A model generated the notes under the pieces. The model had not been told where the DNA came from. It saw nothing but the letters and a program-made list of their open reading frames with translations, and did no database searches. A program made the translations under genes and the position numbers. A stretch of 61,745 nucleotides of DNA, filler included, from Pirum gemmata (lineage: Eukaryota): NCBI GenBank assembly GCA_002812295.1. It is 19 parts of 19 records of this genome, joined end to end, with 100 filler letters (N's around TTAATTAATTAA, not from the genome) between each part and the next. Parts side by side here need not be neighbours in the genome. Positions count along the whole stretch, not along the records: positions 39,295 to 42,314 come from PDIN01003808.1; positions 42,415 to 45,435 come from PDIN01003809.1; positions 45,536 to 48,557 come from PDIN01003810.1; positions 48,658 to 51,677 come from PDIN01003811.1; positions 51,778 to 54,765 come from PDIN01003812.1; 14 more parts are not named here. One strand, 5' to 3'. This document shows, one piece after another, positions 39,442-52,194 of this stretch (positions are counted from its first letter, which is position 1; each line of letters opens with the position of its first letter).

Positions 39442-39587
39442 GTTCTTGGCTTAATAGAGATATAGCAAATTTAGTTGAAAATTCTGGTATGAAAATAGTA
39501 GAAAAAAGTCGACATCATTTCGGAACAACTTATTTTTATGTGTTAGAGCCCACCCCCAAAACCACCCCGGGAAAAAAAGCGGTTTAA
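39442..39587 (+). CDS. Last exon of an OMS1/METTL7-like SAM methyltransferase
   Basis: CAG acceptor at 39439-39441. WLNRDIANLVENSGMKIVEKSRHHFGTTYFYV resembles the C-terminus of OMS1-type methyltransferases (W.NRDI...SGL.I...R.HFGTT). Confidence 0.65.
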
Positions 39588-41245
39588 TTTTTTTTTTTTT
39601 TTTTTTTTCGTTTTGATCATTATCAATTTTTTGCATCTTAATGTCATCGACCACATTACACAATCTATATTTCAATTTAACTAATGTTATGTCGTAATTG
39701 TTATACTATAATGTTAAGCTACGAATATTATGATATAGTATTTAAGTTTCCTTTCCTTTTAGCACTCTTCTAATTTCTCATTATAACCAAGAGTAATGAA
39801 AGTAAGTGTAGGGATAGTTTCATTTTCGAAAATCTGCAACTTCACGAGTTTTTTAAACAGAACTGTTCCATTTACGATATATACATTCTATATGTAATAT
39901 CGAACATTTTTAAACTTATTTAGTATTTACGAGGCTTAAAAAATATAACTTTTCGAATCTGCAATTTTTTCTCGAATTTCACTTCTATATTCCTAGTTTT
40001 TTGCTTGAAAAACGTAAAACCGAAACGAGTCCAAAAAATATGCAGCTTTCAGAAAAGCTTAAGGAAGAGTCATCTCCCTCTTTTTTTGTACGATACGATG
40101 TTCAAAAAATTAGAAGAAATAAGTATTTTTGGCAATGATTTAGACTATAAAAAAAACGAAAACGAAAAGACTTAATACTTTGTTTCTACTGATTTTTTTT
40201 ATCATCGAACCTAAAAAAAATAACAAAAATGATGCAATTTAATTATATAATTATTACGTCAAACTATAGTTGAACACCCTAGATTATACAATGTTTGTGA
40301 TATACCTTTTTAATTGAAATTGTTATTGTTGATAGTTTGCGAAAATCGCAAATTTATGATTCGTTTGATGTCAAATTTGATCATTAACTCGAAAATAATC
40401 TATATAAAAGTTTTTATTAATCATTATTATTTTGTGTAAAATATTTTTTTCCGAAAAATAATATAAATGAGCTTAGTTGAAATATCGGGTAAATTACATT
40501 TTTTTTTTCACACGCTCTCGCTCCAGTTGCTTCAAAATTGATTCTTTCGAATAATGGCTCGGAGGAATATATTGTAGACAAGGGGTGAACGTTTTTCCGA
40601 TAATACAACTCGAACAGGCAACATTATTACAGGCTTAACCACTTATAATAATAATAATAATAAATAAATAAATAATAATAATAATAATAATAAAAACAAT
40701 ACTTCATAAAAACGTTTAATTTAATAAATTAGTTTTTTTAATAGTAACTTAAGAATTTTTTCGAAAAAGCTGCTTGATTTATTATAAACTGACGTCATCT
40801 TATTCTTATAATATTTTATAATATTATAAACATGAATGGAAAAAAAGTTATTGGTCTATATAATAAAGGTAAGTTTTTCACTGTGATGATTGGATGAAAT
40901 TAAGTCAAAAAGTGCCATCGTCGAATCAACCTATAGTTAAAATGTATCTATTTAGATATAGTTGATAGACTTGGGTACCTCATAGTGTTCATTATTGAAA
41001 GCATACAATGACAACGAAACTACTTTTGAGTAATAATAAGAGTAAGTAATATGTGTTTTAAGTTAGACTATGGCGAGATATCACAAAAATACTACCAGTA
41101 TACTCAAAAAGTGATATCATCGTCTACCATTTTCGTGCATTCCTTATAGTTATCGCTAGCTAATAAAGGAGTGTTTGTATTTATTTTAAAAGCTGTAGCG
41201 AAATACTACAAAATACTAATCAGAATCAGTAGAATTATATTAGAA

Positions 41246-42055
41246 TTATTCCACTATGCTTCGAAAATTAATAGTAAAATGAACCAAATTTTGAAATTGC
41301 CTTGGATCAACAATAAAATATTCTTTATATTACTCGTAATCGTAGTATTCATTACTTAATATTCTTCTAAATTTTCTTTTATTGTCTAAGTTAAAATGAA
41401 TAAGTCTATAATTATTAATAGTATCTTCAAAAGTAAAATGTAAATCAGTAAATAAATGATTAATTCTTAAAAGATCAAAGGCAAATTCGGTGGTTCCGCG
41501 AAATCAACGTTTTTGTTTCGTTTCTAATAATAATTTACTTAAAATATTCGTTTGCGTTTGACCATCATCATGAAAAAGTCCTATTTTTTTATACGTTTTT
41601 GACCCGACCTTTTCAATTACACTTAAAATAGATGGTTTACAATCAGTTGAATAACAATAATTATTATTATTACCACTCATACATACAACGTAGGGATTAT
41701 TAATTAGTCTATTGATGTTCCGACCGGTAACATTTAATTTTGAGGAACCAAATAAATTAAAATTTTTAACTGTATATTTGTTTACAATATCATTTGATAA
41801 TAATATGTCATCTTCTCTAAAAGTTTTATCTGCAACAATGTCGTATCTGTTATCACCTCTCCCACCTCTAAATTTCAAACGAGTCAATTTAATATGCCGG
41901 CTACAAAATGGACCAAAATACGTATACATGCTACATTGTCTACCATTTTGAAGCATTGCTAAACAACGTTGTTTTTCAATATTATTTTGACATATCATAT
42001 CGTTAGGTGTTGATAAATTGTACTGTTTAGATGATTCAAATATTTTTCTTACCAT
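41246..42055 (-). pseudogene. Decayed virus-like ORF with a C-x8-C-x9-C-x2-H zinc finger followed by a SET-like start
   Basis: RCLAMLQNGRQCSMYTYFGPFCSRH...YDIVADKTFREDDIL. The frame continues past TGA (41504-41506) and TAA (41330-41332) to 41246. Intronless, no microsatellites. Confidence 0.5.
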
Positions 42056-42157
42056 ATTATTTATTATATATATTATAAATCTTTCTTTTGTATCATTAAA
42101 TATTAAGCTTTATCTTTTATCGAGGAAGGACTCGCATATTATCGGAACAATCGGAAA

Positions 42158-42314
42158 ACTACTCGAGTAAACTATCTCGAGTAAACTATCTCGAGTAAAC
42201 TATCTCGAGTAAACTATCTCGAGTAAACTAAACTATCCCGAGTAAACTATCTCGAGTAAACTAAACTATCTCGAGTAAACTAAACTATCTCGAGTAAACT
42301 ATCTCGAGTAAACT
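42158..42314 (+). repeat. 14-bp tandem array (TAAACTATCTCGAG)n running into the contig end
   Basis: About 10 units, some with an extra AAACT; nearly all carry the palindrome CTCGAG. Confidence 0.92.
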
Positions 42315-43579
42315 NNNNNNNNNNNNNNNNNNNNNNNNNNNNNNNNNNNNNNNNNNNNTTAATTAATTAANNNNNNNNNNNNNNNNNNNNNNNNNNNNNN
42401 NNNNNNNNNNNNNNATATTAAATAAAATAAAATAAAATAAAATAAAATAAAATAAAATAAATAATAATTATTTAAATATTTAAATATTAGTTTTATCGTG
42501 TATTAAGCGCAGGCGGACGCATTGTCATCTTAACTTCAGAAAGAAAAATTCTTGAAAAAATTGGCAACAAGGAGGTATTATTTATTTATATATTAATGAA
42601 TTAATTAATTAATGTAAATTATTGTTATTTTGATTTATGATAATAATAATAATAATACTCTATAAGAATTTTATTAAAAATTTATCCTTATTATTAGCAT
42701 TGTTAATGAGAATAGTGATAGTATTAGTAATAGTAACAGTAATACGAATACGGATATAAAAATGTATTTTAATAATTACACTTAATACTAACGATATTAT
42801 TATTTTCAATATTAGTACCAATACCATTACCAACACTAGTAACATTACCATTCCAACCAATATCATAATCAATACCAATACCAATAACAATACCAATAAC
42901 AATAACAATAACAATAGCAATAACAATAACAATAACAATAACAATATCAACATCAATAACAATAACAATAACAATAACAATAACAATAACAATGACAATA
43001 ACAATACTAACACCAATATCAATACCAGAATCAATACCAATAACAATAACAATAACAATATAATAAAAGTAACAATAACAATAACAATAACAATAATAAT
43101 AAAATGAAAATATTTAATAGCAATAAAAATAACCCACAATTCCAATACCAATACCAATACCAATACCAAACCAATACCAAAACCAATACCAATGCCAATA
43201 CTAAATACTTATGTAATAATTAATTATAATAATACTACGATTATTAATAGTTATTTAATAACAAAACCTATACTAATGCTAATACGGATAATAATATTAC
43301 TTATAATAATCATTGCAAAATAATAAATAGTTATAATTGTAATAATAATAATAATAATAATAATGTAATTGTTAAATGTTTTAAAAATTGTTAAATGATA
43401 TGATAGGATTTCATTATAAAACGAAATGTAAATGTTCGAGTAGGCTCTCTTTACTGCGGCGTGTATGTGTTAATAAAATTAGAAGAACCAATAATATCCA
43501 AAGACTCAAAATCTTAATTTCCCATAATCATCTTCACTAATTTTCGAATAAATCTACCGAGAGTAGCTAGACTAGACTG

Positions 43580-43740
43580 GCTAGAAAAAAGCTAAAAGTT
43601 TAGAAAAGACGCTATTCCAGTTGTAAAAAATAGATATCTAGTTGACTATCTACGTAGAGTAGAAGTCGAAAATCTTGATCTAGATTTAGAAAAAAAAAAA
43701 ACATGGAAAAATTAATTTCAATTTTCTAGCTTTTTCTAGC
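43580..43740. mobile_element. MITE-like family H (TIR GCTAGAAAAA(A)GC); second copy 44670-44795
   Basis: Second copy reads TA|GCTAGAAAAAAGC...GCTTTTTCTAGC|TA, and the interiors align. Confidence 0.65.
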
Positions 43741-43760
43741 TATGTCATACTTAAAATCTA

Positions 43761-43957
43761 TCGTCTATTTCATTACAGTTGTCCTTCTCAATCTTTAATT
43801 TGGTACTGCTTATGTGTATAATTGAACTGGTTTATAAAATAAAACATTAAGTAAAAAATACCAAATTAATTAAAACATGTCCGATATTTTAACTATAATA
43901 ATAATTTGGCACGTTTATTTCAGTTTTTGAACTAGACAACACTATTGAAAAACACGA
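43761..43957 (+). mobile_element. MITE family B (~200 bp; TA|TCGTCTA..TTCA ... TGAAAAACACGA|TA)
   Basis: TA-flanked with ends related to family A. Other copies at ~20760-20880, ~17000-17135 and in the 48730-49510 cluster. Confidence 0.8.
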
Positions 43958-43984
43958 TAATGTTTTATAATTTTCGCGCCTCTC

Positions 43985-44380
43985 CTAGTATTTCCAAATA
44001 CGATACGTTAAGAGTGCGTTAAGTAATATTCTACATCTTAATGGGTGCGAGGTTTTTTAAATTTAGTAAATTCCCATAATTATCTTCACTATTTTTGTAA
44101 TTATATTGATAATACTGTAGCAGTGATAGACTTAGCTCATTCAGACCTTTATTGTTGCATCTTTACCTAAAAAAGGAACTGTTTTACAAATATGTAGTCT
44201 CTTAAATAGTAGTATTTCCAAATACGATGCGTTAAGTAATATCCTAAACCTTAATGGGTGCGAGGTTTTATATAACATTTCGCTAATAGCAAAGTGATAA
44301 CCTTAGCTTATTCAAACCTTTGTTGTTGTGCTTTACCTAAAAAAAAAGAGCTGTTTTCCAAATGTGTAGTCTCTTAAAAT
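43985..44380 (+). repeat. Diverged tandem duplication (~200 bp)
   Basis: tagtatttccaaatacgat...ttaatgggtgcgaggtttt...ctttacctaaaaaa...tgtagtctcttaaa occurs twice. Confidence 0.8.
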
Positions 44381-44447
44381 AGTGGGGAGATAAGGGAAAA
44401 GTATGGAAATTCCTTTTTTTCATTTTTTCGAATCAATCTAGCGACGA

Positions 44448-44638
44448 GGAGATGCGGGAAAACATAATCGAACCAAATAGCTCGATCCTAATTATTAAAT
44501 AGTGACAATTTTGAAATGATATTCTTTTTTTCTTTTCTAAGAATCTTTTTCAAAGAACCTTTTAATGAAATCCAAAAGTGAGTACATACTTTTAAGTTTC
44601 GAACTAGTCTCGATTCGATGGTTTTTCCCGCATATCCC
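44448..44638. mobile_element. MITE family F (~190 bp; TIR GAGATGCGGGAAAA)
   Basis: GGAGATGCGGGAAAAC...GTTTTTCCCGCATATCC. Other copies at 58231-58419, ~58868-59050 and 38772. Confidence 0.8.
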
Positions 44639-46057
44639 GAGAAGTAGCCTGGCTAGAGTCGCTAGACTAGCTAGAAAAAAGCCAAAAGCTTAGAAAGGCT
44701 ATCCCAGTTATAGAGTAGAAGTAGAAAATCTTTATCTAGATTTGGAAAAAAAAAAAACATGGAAAATTACATTCAAATTTCTAGCTTTTTCTAGCTACTC
44801 TAATAATCGATTGATTAAGAAAAAAAAAAAAAAATGTTTTTAAAAATACAAAAATATTGTGTTTAAAATTATTATTAAATTTTAATTTAATCTATTTTTT
44901 TTTAATAATTGTACAAGTATAATACTAAAAAAATAATAAAAATACTTATTATAAAATGATTTGAAATTTGTTTAAATTTTAAATTCAATTCTTTAAGTCT
45001 ATAAAATTTAATAATTTATGTAGATTGGCTCTTTTTAAATAAATAAACATTTTTAGTATATTTATATTTATTTAATTTTTCTAGTCATTTTATATAATTA
45101 ATTCTACAAATAATCTACGTGGTTGGCTTTCTTTAATAACGGCAATAACATATAAGTATAAGATTAACCATTATTAATAAAATACAAAAATATTAATGAT
45201 TTAAAATTATTAAATTTAATTTTAATTTTTAATTCTACAAGTAATCTTTTTAAAAATAAAAATACTATAAAATTTTAAAATGATTTAAAATTTGTTAAAT
45301 TTTTAAATTCAAATTCGTTTATTCTATAAATAATGTATGGCTTTTTTTAATAGCAACAAGAATAAAAAGAATCACCAATAATAAACACTAAAAAATCATA
45401 AATGATTTATTGCCAATACAGTGAGTAATAAAAACNNNNNNNNNNNNNNNNNNNNNNNNNNNNNNNNNNNNNNNNNNNNTTAATTAATTAANNNNNNNNN
45501 NNNNNNNNNNNNNNNNNNNNNNNNNNNNNNNNNNNTAACATTTTGAATAAGTCTGACAGTGGTTATGCCTGAATAACTCCGATATTAGTTATACCCTAAC
45601 CCTAACCCTAACCCTAACCTTAACCCTAACCCTAACACTCTGGACCAGCAACACCAGGATAAAATTTTAATGTTAATCACCAATCATATAACATTATTAT
45701 ATTTCGACTTCCCCTTCCGCCTAACCCCTAACATAGACCCCTGACACCTAATCCCTGACGGCTAACCCTATCCCTAACCACTGACCCTAACCCTCCATTC
45801 TCTCTATTCTAGTAGACTATTCTAGCTAGAGTGCTGGCAAATACAAAAACGAGTCATTTACTTTTGTGTAGTTTCATTTCAGACCACCCCATCAGGGCCA
45901 TCACTGGTACCAGCACTGGGACCAGCAACACCATGATAAATGTTAATAACCAATCATATAACATTATAATTATTTCAACTCTCTTTACTTTTTTTTTTCT
46001 AACCCTAAACCCAGCCAATAACCGAAGTAGTATAAAAATGGGTATTTCTATGATAGT

Positions 46058-46197
46058 ATAGCTTGTAAGGCCAATATTTCCAGGGTAGAAGCATAGCTTG
46101 TAAGGCCAATACTTCCAGGGTAGAAGCATAGCTTGTAAGCCCAATACAACAAGGGTAGAAGTATAGCTTGTAAGGACAATACTTCTAGGGTAGAAAT
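46058..46197 (+). repeat. 35-bp minisatellite, 4 copies
   Basis: GCTTG recurs at 46061, 46096, 46131 and 46166; unit ATAGCTTGTAAGGCCAATACTTCCAGGGTAGAAGC. Confidence 0.92.
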
Positions 46198-46276
46198 ATA
46201 TTTTTTAATTTTTTAAAAAGGCAATACTTCAAGAGTAGAAGTATTAATATAGTGATCACTACTACTACTACTCTTG

Positions 46277-46315
<39 letters not shown>

Positions 46316-46980
46316 ATATTTTAATACTAGTACTACTAACCCTAATCCTAACCCTAACCCTAACCCTTTTGCTACCATAATGTTAGTGATCTACAGCTAC
46401 CATTTAAAACTCGCTCAGACACTGCTACTATGTAGATGATGTTGTTTGTTATATATTTGATAAATATATATCAATTATTGCTAAAAAAAATAAGTTAGTA
46501 TCAATTAATAACAAGGTTTATTTTATATTATTTATTAATATAGATAGTTATGGGATTTTAATTTGTTGATTCAAAAATTCATTATTAATTAATAAATATT
46601 AAGAAATGGTTTTATACTACTTATTAATATAAATATGAAAGTAGATTTTTAATTTGTTAATTAAAAAGAACCGAAATTTTGTTTTATGATACCGGTATGT
46701 GAAGTTTCTACCGGTATGTGAAGTTTCTATTTACAAAATATGGTAATACTATTGGTTGGTAATGGCTGTTACCTTCTTGATACTGTGGTATTACACAGTG
46801 GTATTACACTAGTACTACCAGTACTAGCTAGCTAAAACAGCTACTAGAACAACAATTCTACTAACCTACTTTGGTATTGTCACCAGGCTAAACATTTTTC
46901 ATTGGAGATGGTTGGGAGGGCTGTGAGGAAAGTGATCGAGTAATAGTTGAAACTTGAAGTTAGGGTTTTTTGCTTTTTTT

Positions 46981-47012
<32 letters not shown>

Positions 47013-47299
47013 TTTTGTGTATAAATATTATTGGCACTGATTCGTCTAGACTGAATCATTAGGTGGCATTTGTTCATTTTGTTTATAATATTGTTGGCAC
47101 TGATTCGTCTAGACCGAATAGTTAGGTGGCATTTGTTTGTTGGCATTGATTCGATTTGTTCAGATTGAATCGTTACAGTATCGTTACTCGTTAGGTGGCA
47201 TTTGTTCAGGTATTTTTTTTAATTTTTTAAAAGCGGATTTGTTATGATTTTGTTGGTTTTATTACAATTAGACTAGGATTTACAGGCCCAGTATAGGAG

Positions 47300-48010
47300 G
47301 GTGGTTAAGGGGTTAAGGAGTTAAGGGGTTAAAGGATTAAGGGGTTAGTGTCAGGGCTAGGGTTAGGGTTAGGGTTAAGGTTAGGGTTAGGTTTAGGTTT
47401 AGGTTTAGATTTAGGTTTAAGGTTAAGGTTTAAAAGGTTAGGGTTAGGGTTAGGGAGTGTTAGGGTTAGGGTTAGGGTTAGGGTTAGGGTTAGGGTTAGG
47501 GTTAGGGTTAGGTAAGGGTTAGGGTTAGGGTTAGGGTTATTAATTAAATTATAACATCATACTTACACTAAAATATCGAAACTAATATTAATACATTTTG
47601 TTTTTTTTAAATTAAATAAAACAGGGTTAGGGTCAGTGTTATTAAATTACAACGTTAACTTTATACTTACTCTAAAATATCTAAACTAATATATTTTGTT
47701 TTTTTAAATTAAATTAAACAAAATACTTTTAAACATTTGTAGTTAGGGTTAGGGTTAGGGTTAGGGCTATTAAATTACAATATTATATCATATTAATAAT
47801 ATATTATACTTACACTAAAATATTTAAACTAATACATTTTTTTTTTTTTAATAAAAATTAAATATTAATAACACAAAATACTTTTAAACATTTTTAAACT
47901 AAATACAATACAATTACATTATACTTAAACTAAAACATCTAAACTAATATATTTTGTTTTTTATTAAAATTAAATTAAACAAAATACTTAACACATTTGT
48001 AAACTAAATA
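47300..48010 (+). repeat. TTAGGG array followed by AT-rich ~110-130-bp tandem units interleaved with short TTAGGG blocks
   Basis: TTAGGG 47300-47540; repeated atacttacactaaaatat.taaactaat...ttttg..ttttaaattaaa units. Confidence 0.8.
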
Positions 48011-48729
48011 CACTACTTTAAAAAACCTCAAACTCAATTATTGACCTTTGCCTTTTTTCTTATGACAAAATTCTCTTTCAGGCCTTTATTAATTAATTAA
48101 TTATTATCGGGTCTATCCATAAAGTATACGTACAAGTGAAACTTTGCCTTTTATCTTATGACAAACCCTAACCCTAACCCCTCTTTCATGCCTTTAACTT
48201 ATATTATATACAGGGTTAGGGTTAGGGTTAGCCTAACCCCTCTTGCATGCCTTTTTAAAAACTTATATTACATACAAACCTTTATTATTATTATTATTAT
48301 ATAAATATACCTCTAATCCATAAAGATTTAGTGCAAGCGACATCGGAGACATTCAATCCTCTCACATTGTCTAATAGGTTATATTAATCACAATATATTA
48401 CAATAATTATTAATAAATAGATTTTGATTGGTGTTCGGTTTTTTTTAAGGTTCTCATTAGCTAAAATAGTATTGGTAATTTTACAAAAATAAACGAATCA
48501 ATCTTGGGTTCGGATTTTGGTTCTGTCGGTCGTGTTTGACCCCTCTTGAGTTGCCAANNNNNNNNNNNNNNNNNNNNNNNNNNNNNNNNNNNNNNNNNNN
48601 NTTAATTAATTAANNNNNNNNNNNNNNNNNNNNNNNNNNNNNNNNNNNNNNNNNNNNGACTTTCCGCCGAAAAAAGTCGTGCTAGGCTATATAGTAAAGG
48701 TCACGTGATGTCACCCCCTCTTTTTCCAT

Positions 48730-49510
48730 GGTGTTTTTCAATAGTGGTTGTTTGTTGTCCAATTATCAGACATGTTTTAATTAATTTTGGTATTTTATAC
48801 TTTTTTAATGGTGTATTAAATTTTTATGAATAAGTTAAATTATACACTTAAATAGTACCAAATTAAAGATTGAGAGAACCAATGTGTAAATGAACTAGAC
48901 GATTATTGTGTTTTTCAATAGTGTTGTCCAGTTTAAAAACTAAAATAAATATACCCAATTATTATTATCGGACATGTTTTAATTAATTTGGTACTTTATA
49001 CTTAATGGTATATTTTATGAATAAGTTAAATTATTAATATACATGTCTGATAACTTAACCATAATAATAATTTGGCACGTTTATTTCAGTTTTTGAACTG
49101 GATAACACTATTGAAAAACACGATTATCGTCTAGTTCGACTGTTATCTTCTCAATCTTTAATTAATCTGGTATTATACTATTTAATTAAAAGTGTATAAT
49201 TTAACTTGTTCAGAAAATACAACATTACGTATACGTATAAAATACTAAATTAAATAAAACATGTCTGATAATTTAATTAAAACCATAATAATAATTCGGT
49301 AGAATATTTATTTCAGTTTTTGAACTGGATAACACTATTGAAAAACACGATAATATTATCGTTAAGTTATCAGACATTATGGTTAAACTATATAATCTTA
49401 TTAATACATGTTTTAATTAATTTGTATTTTATATTTAATGTTAACATTGTGTTTTATAAAAAAGTTCAATTATGCACGTAAATAATACCAAATTAAAGAT
49501 TGAGAGAACC
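48730..49510. mobile_element. Cluster of 4-5 family B MITE copies in both orientations (complete copy 49127-49350)
   Basis: Repeated GTGTTTTTCAATAGTG / CACTATTGAAAAACACGA ends and a shared interior. Confidence 0.8.
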
Positions 49511-49568
49511 ATTGACTCTAACTGGACTACTACGAGTGCACTAGACACTCCTACTTGACTTTCTCTTT

Positions 49569-49634
<66 letters not shown>

Positions 49635-49761
49635 TATAGTCTATATATACACTCTACAGATACACTCTATATGCTATAAATGGCTATTGTCTATTCTATT
49701 ACATGCTTCTTTTTATCAACTGTTCTCGAACAATTATTTTAATATTAATATCATTATTTTA

Positions 49762-49908
49762 GTTCAAATACTACGTTACATAACACCAATTCCCGGTCCA
49801 ATATTAATACAGCTTCAAATACCCCTACCTACCTACACCTCGACGTTAATTTCCGGTCAAGTACCACCTAGACTACCCACCCCTTGACGTGACGTGTTAT
49901 TTGAACGC
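49762..49908 (-). mobile_element. MITE family D copy
   Basis: GTTCAAATA...CCCCTTGACGTGACGTGTTATTTGAACGC. Confidence 0.8.
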
Positions 49909-50229
49909 TAGATCTGCTTTTTCTATTTTACACTTACACTTATAAGGTAATTTATGACACTCTCTACATGACATTGTGTACAGCTATATTAATTCCTCAC
50001 AGAATCAATATAAATAACAACAACAACGACAGCAACAGTATAGCGAACAATATTATTATGAACAATATCAAACCCAAAAACTTAACATTTCTTCAGTATG
50101 AACAACAACAACAACAACAACAACAACAGCAGCATAGCGAACAATATTATTATTAATATGAACAATATCAAACCCAAAACTTAATAACATTTCTTTTGAG
50201 TATGCCCATTTGTATTACAATTACTGCAA

Positions 50230-50790
50230 ATTAACTTCTTTCTGCAATGTTTCTCTGAATGACCTTTCTTTTGACAATAATTATTAATACATATTATGAT
50301 GTCTTCAACTACTTAAGCTTGCTTTACCTTTTCCAAATAGTCATGTACACTTGTATTTTAATAATGTTCCTTCCGATGTAATCACGCACGAACTTTATTT
50401 ACTGCTTCTTCATATCCGATCTTATCATCATTTTCAATTATTGTAACAATGGAAGCTAACCGCTCGCTAGTTTGTAAATTAGCACATAATAATACTATCA
50501 AATCTTCTTCTGATGTTTCATTACCACCAGCTAATTTATGTTTTGTACATAATATCTGTTTCATTTTCGAACTTTTCAAAGTCTTTCTCGTATTTTGATA
50601 CAAATAAATTTTTCTTCGTAGTTATTCGTGTCGACCTGCTTTTCCTTTCGTATTGTTCGATTAGTAATTTCCAACCATCTCGAACATTTTCACATCGTGC
50701 AGCAGTCACTGTACTTTCATTCATTGATAAGGTAAACATCCTTTTCGCCAAGACAACCTTTTCCTTGTCTATCGCTGATTCTTATTAACT
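50230..50790 (-). mobile_element. Decayed Ty1/copia gag (UBN2-like plus zinc knuckle)
   Basis: GWKLLIEQYERKSRSTRI, then frameshifted SEEDLIVLLCANL..LASIVTIIEN..YEEAVNKV, then YCQKKGHSEKHC (CCHC knuckle remnant) at ~50240-50290. Confidence 0.75.
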
Positions 50791-50922
50791 CAAATTTGAA
50801 ATGGCTATATATTTTTTTGGCTATGTTTTTTTTTACTAAATTTGCATATTTAGTATCTAATTAAAGAAATGTGTGACGTAAGTTTTTTTTTATCAAGAAT
50901 GTAATGTTAGCTAGCTATATTT

Positions 50923-51677
50923 ATTGTGCTTTTCATTTATTTTAATTTGTCACTCAAATTGACATTTTAAAATCAATAAAATGTTAATAGATAATAAACT
51001 TAAATATTAAATATTAATATGTGTTTGGTGACTGTTTGGTGGGTTATAAACTTTGAATTTACATTTTTTTAAAATAATTTTAATAGATAATAAAAAGTAA
51101 CTATTTATTTGGTGGGTTATAACTTTTAAATTGGCATTATAAAATGAATAAAATTTAAATAAAAAATAAACAAAATATATTGCATTTGATGGGTTATAAC
51201 CTTTAAATTGACATTTTAAAATGAATAAGAATATTAATAGATAATAAACTAAGTATTTATTTGGTGGGTTATAACCTTTAAATTGACAATGTAAAATGAA
51301 TAAAAATTTTAATAGATAATTAACTATTTATTTGGTGGGTTATAACCTTTAAATTGACATTTTAAAATGAATAAAAAATTTAATAGACAATAAACCAAAT
51401 ATCTATTTGGTGGGTTATAACCTTTAAATTGACGTTTTAAAATGAATAAAAATTTTAATGAATAATAACCTAAATATTTATTTGGTGGGTTATAACCTTT
51501 AAATTTCAATTGATTTTTTAATTAAAATGATTAAAAAAATTAATAGATAATAAAGTAAATATTTATTTGGTGGGTTATAACTTTTAAATTGGCATTTTAA
51601 AATGAATAAAAATTTTAATAAAAAATAAACAAAATATTTTATTTGGTGGGTTATAACCTTTAAATTGCCATTTTAAA
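50923..51677 (+). repeat. ~75-bp tandem satellite derived from the MITE A interior
   Basis: Begins with an A end (TA|TTGTGCTTTTCATTTATTTT). TTGGTGGGTTATAAC recurs at ~51037, 51109, 51261, 51332, 51407, 51482, 51567 and 51643. Confidence 0.85.
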
Positions 51678-52194
51678 NNNNNNNNNNNNNNNNNNNNNNN
51701 NNNNNNNNNNNNNNNNNNNNNTTAATTAATTAANNNNNNNNNNNNNNNNNNNNNNNNNNNNNNNNNNNNNNNNNNNNTTGTTATTGTTATTGTTATTGTT
51801 ATTGTTAGGGTTACTGTTACTGTTAGGGTTATTGTTATTGTTATTGTTAGGGTTAGGTTAGGGTTAGGGTTAAGGTTAGGTTTGTTAGGGTCAGTTTATT
51901 TAATTTTTTTGTTTTTTTTTTGTTTTTTTCACTACAGTATGGATTTTAATTCTGATGATTACAGTGTGTTTTTGTTTTGTTTTTTTGTTTTTTTTGTTTT
52001 TTTTTTGTAGTTTTTTTGTCACAGCAAAATAAAACATTACATTTTTTTTAGGGAAAGAGCAAAAAAAAGTATAAATAAATAACAAGATATATCTTTTCAT
52101 TATTATTTTTTGAAAAATATAATATATTTTCATTCTTGTCCCGTTCATTTTTACATTTTTAATATCGTTTTACTATTTTTAGAGAATTGCAAAC

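Noticed and set aside
41330..41506. Stop-codon reassignment suggested by in-frame TGA/TAA
   Set aside because: All intact long genes lack internal stops and end in TAA/TAG. Internal stops occur only in decayed mobile or virus-like sequence.
42158..42314. 14-bp array as CRISPR
   Set aside because: No spacers and the unit is too short.
46058..46197. 35-bp repeats as a CRISPR array
   Set aside because: Head-to-tail units with no unique spacers, eukaryotic context, no cas genes.
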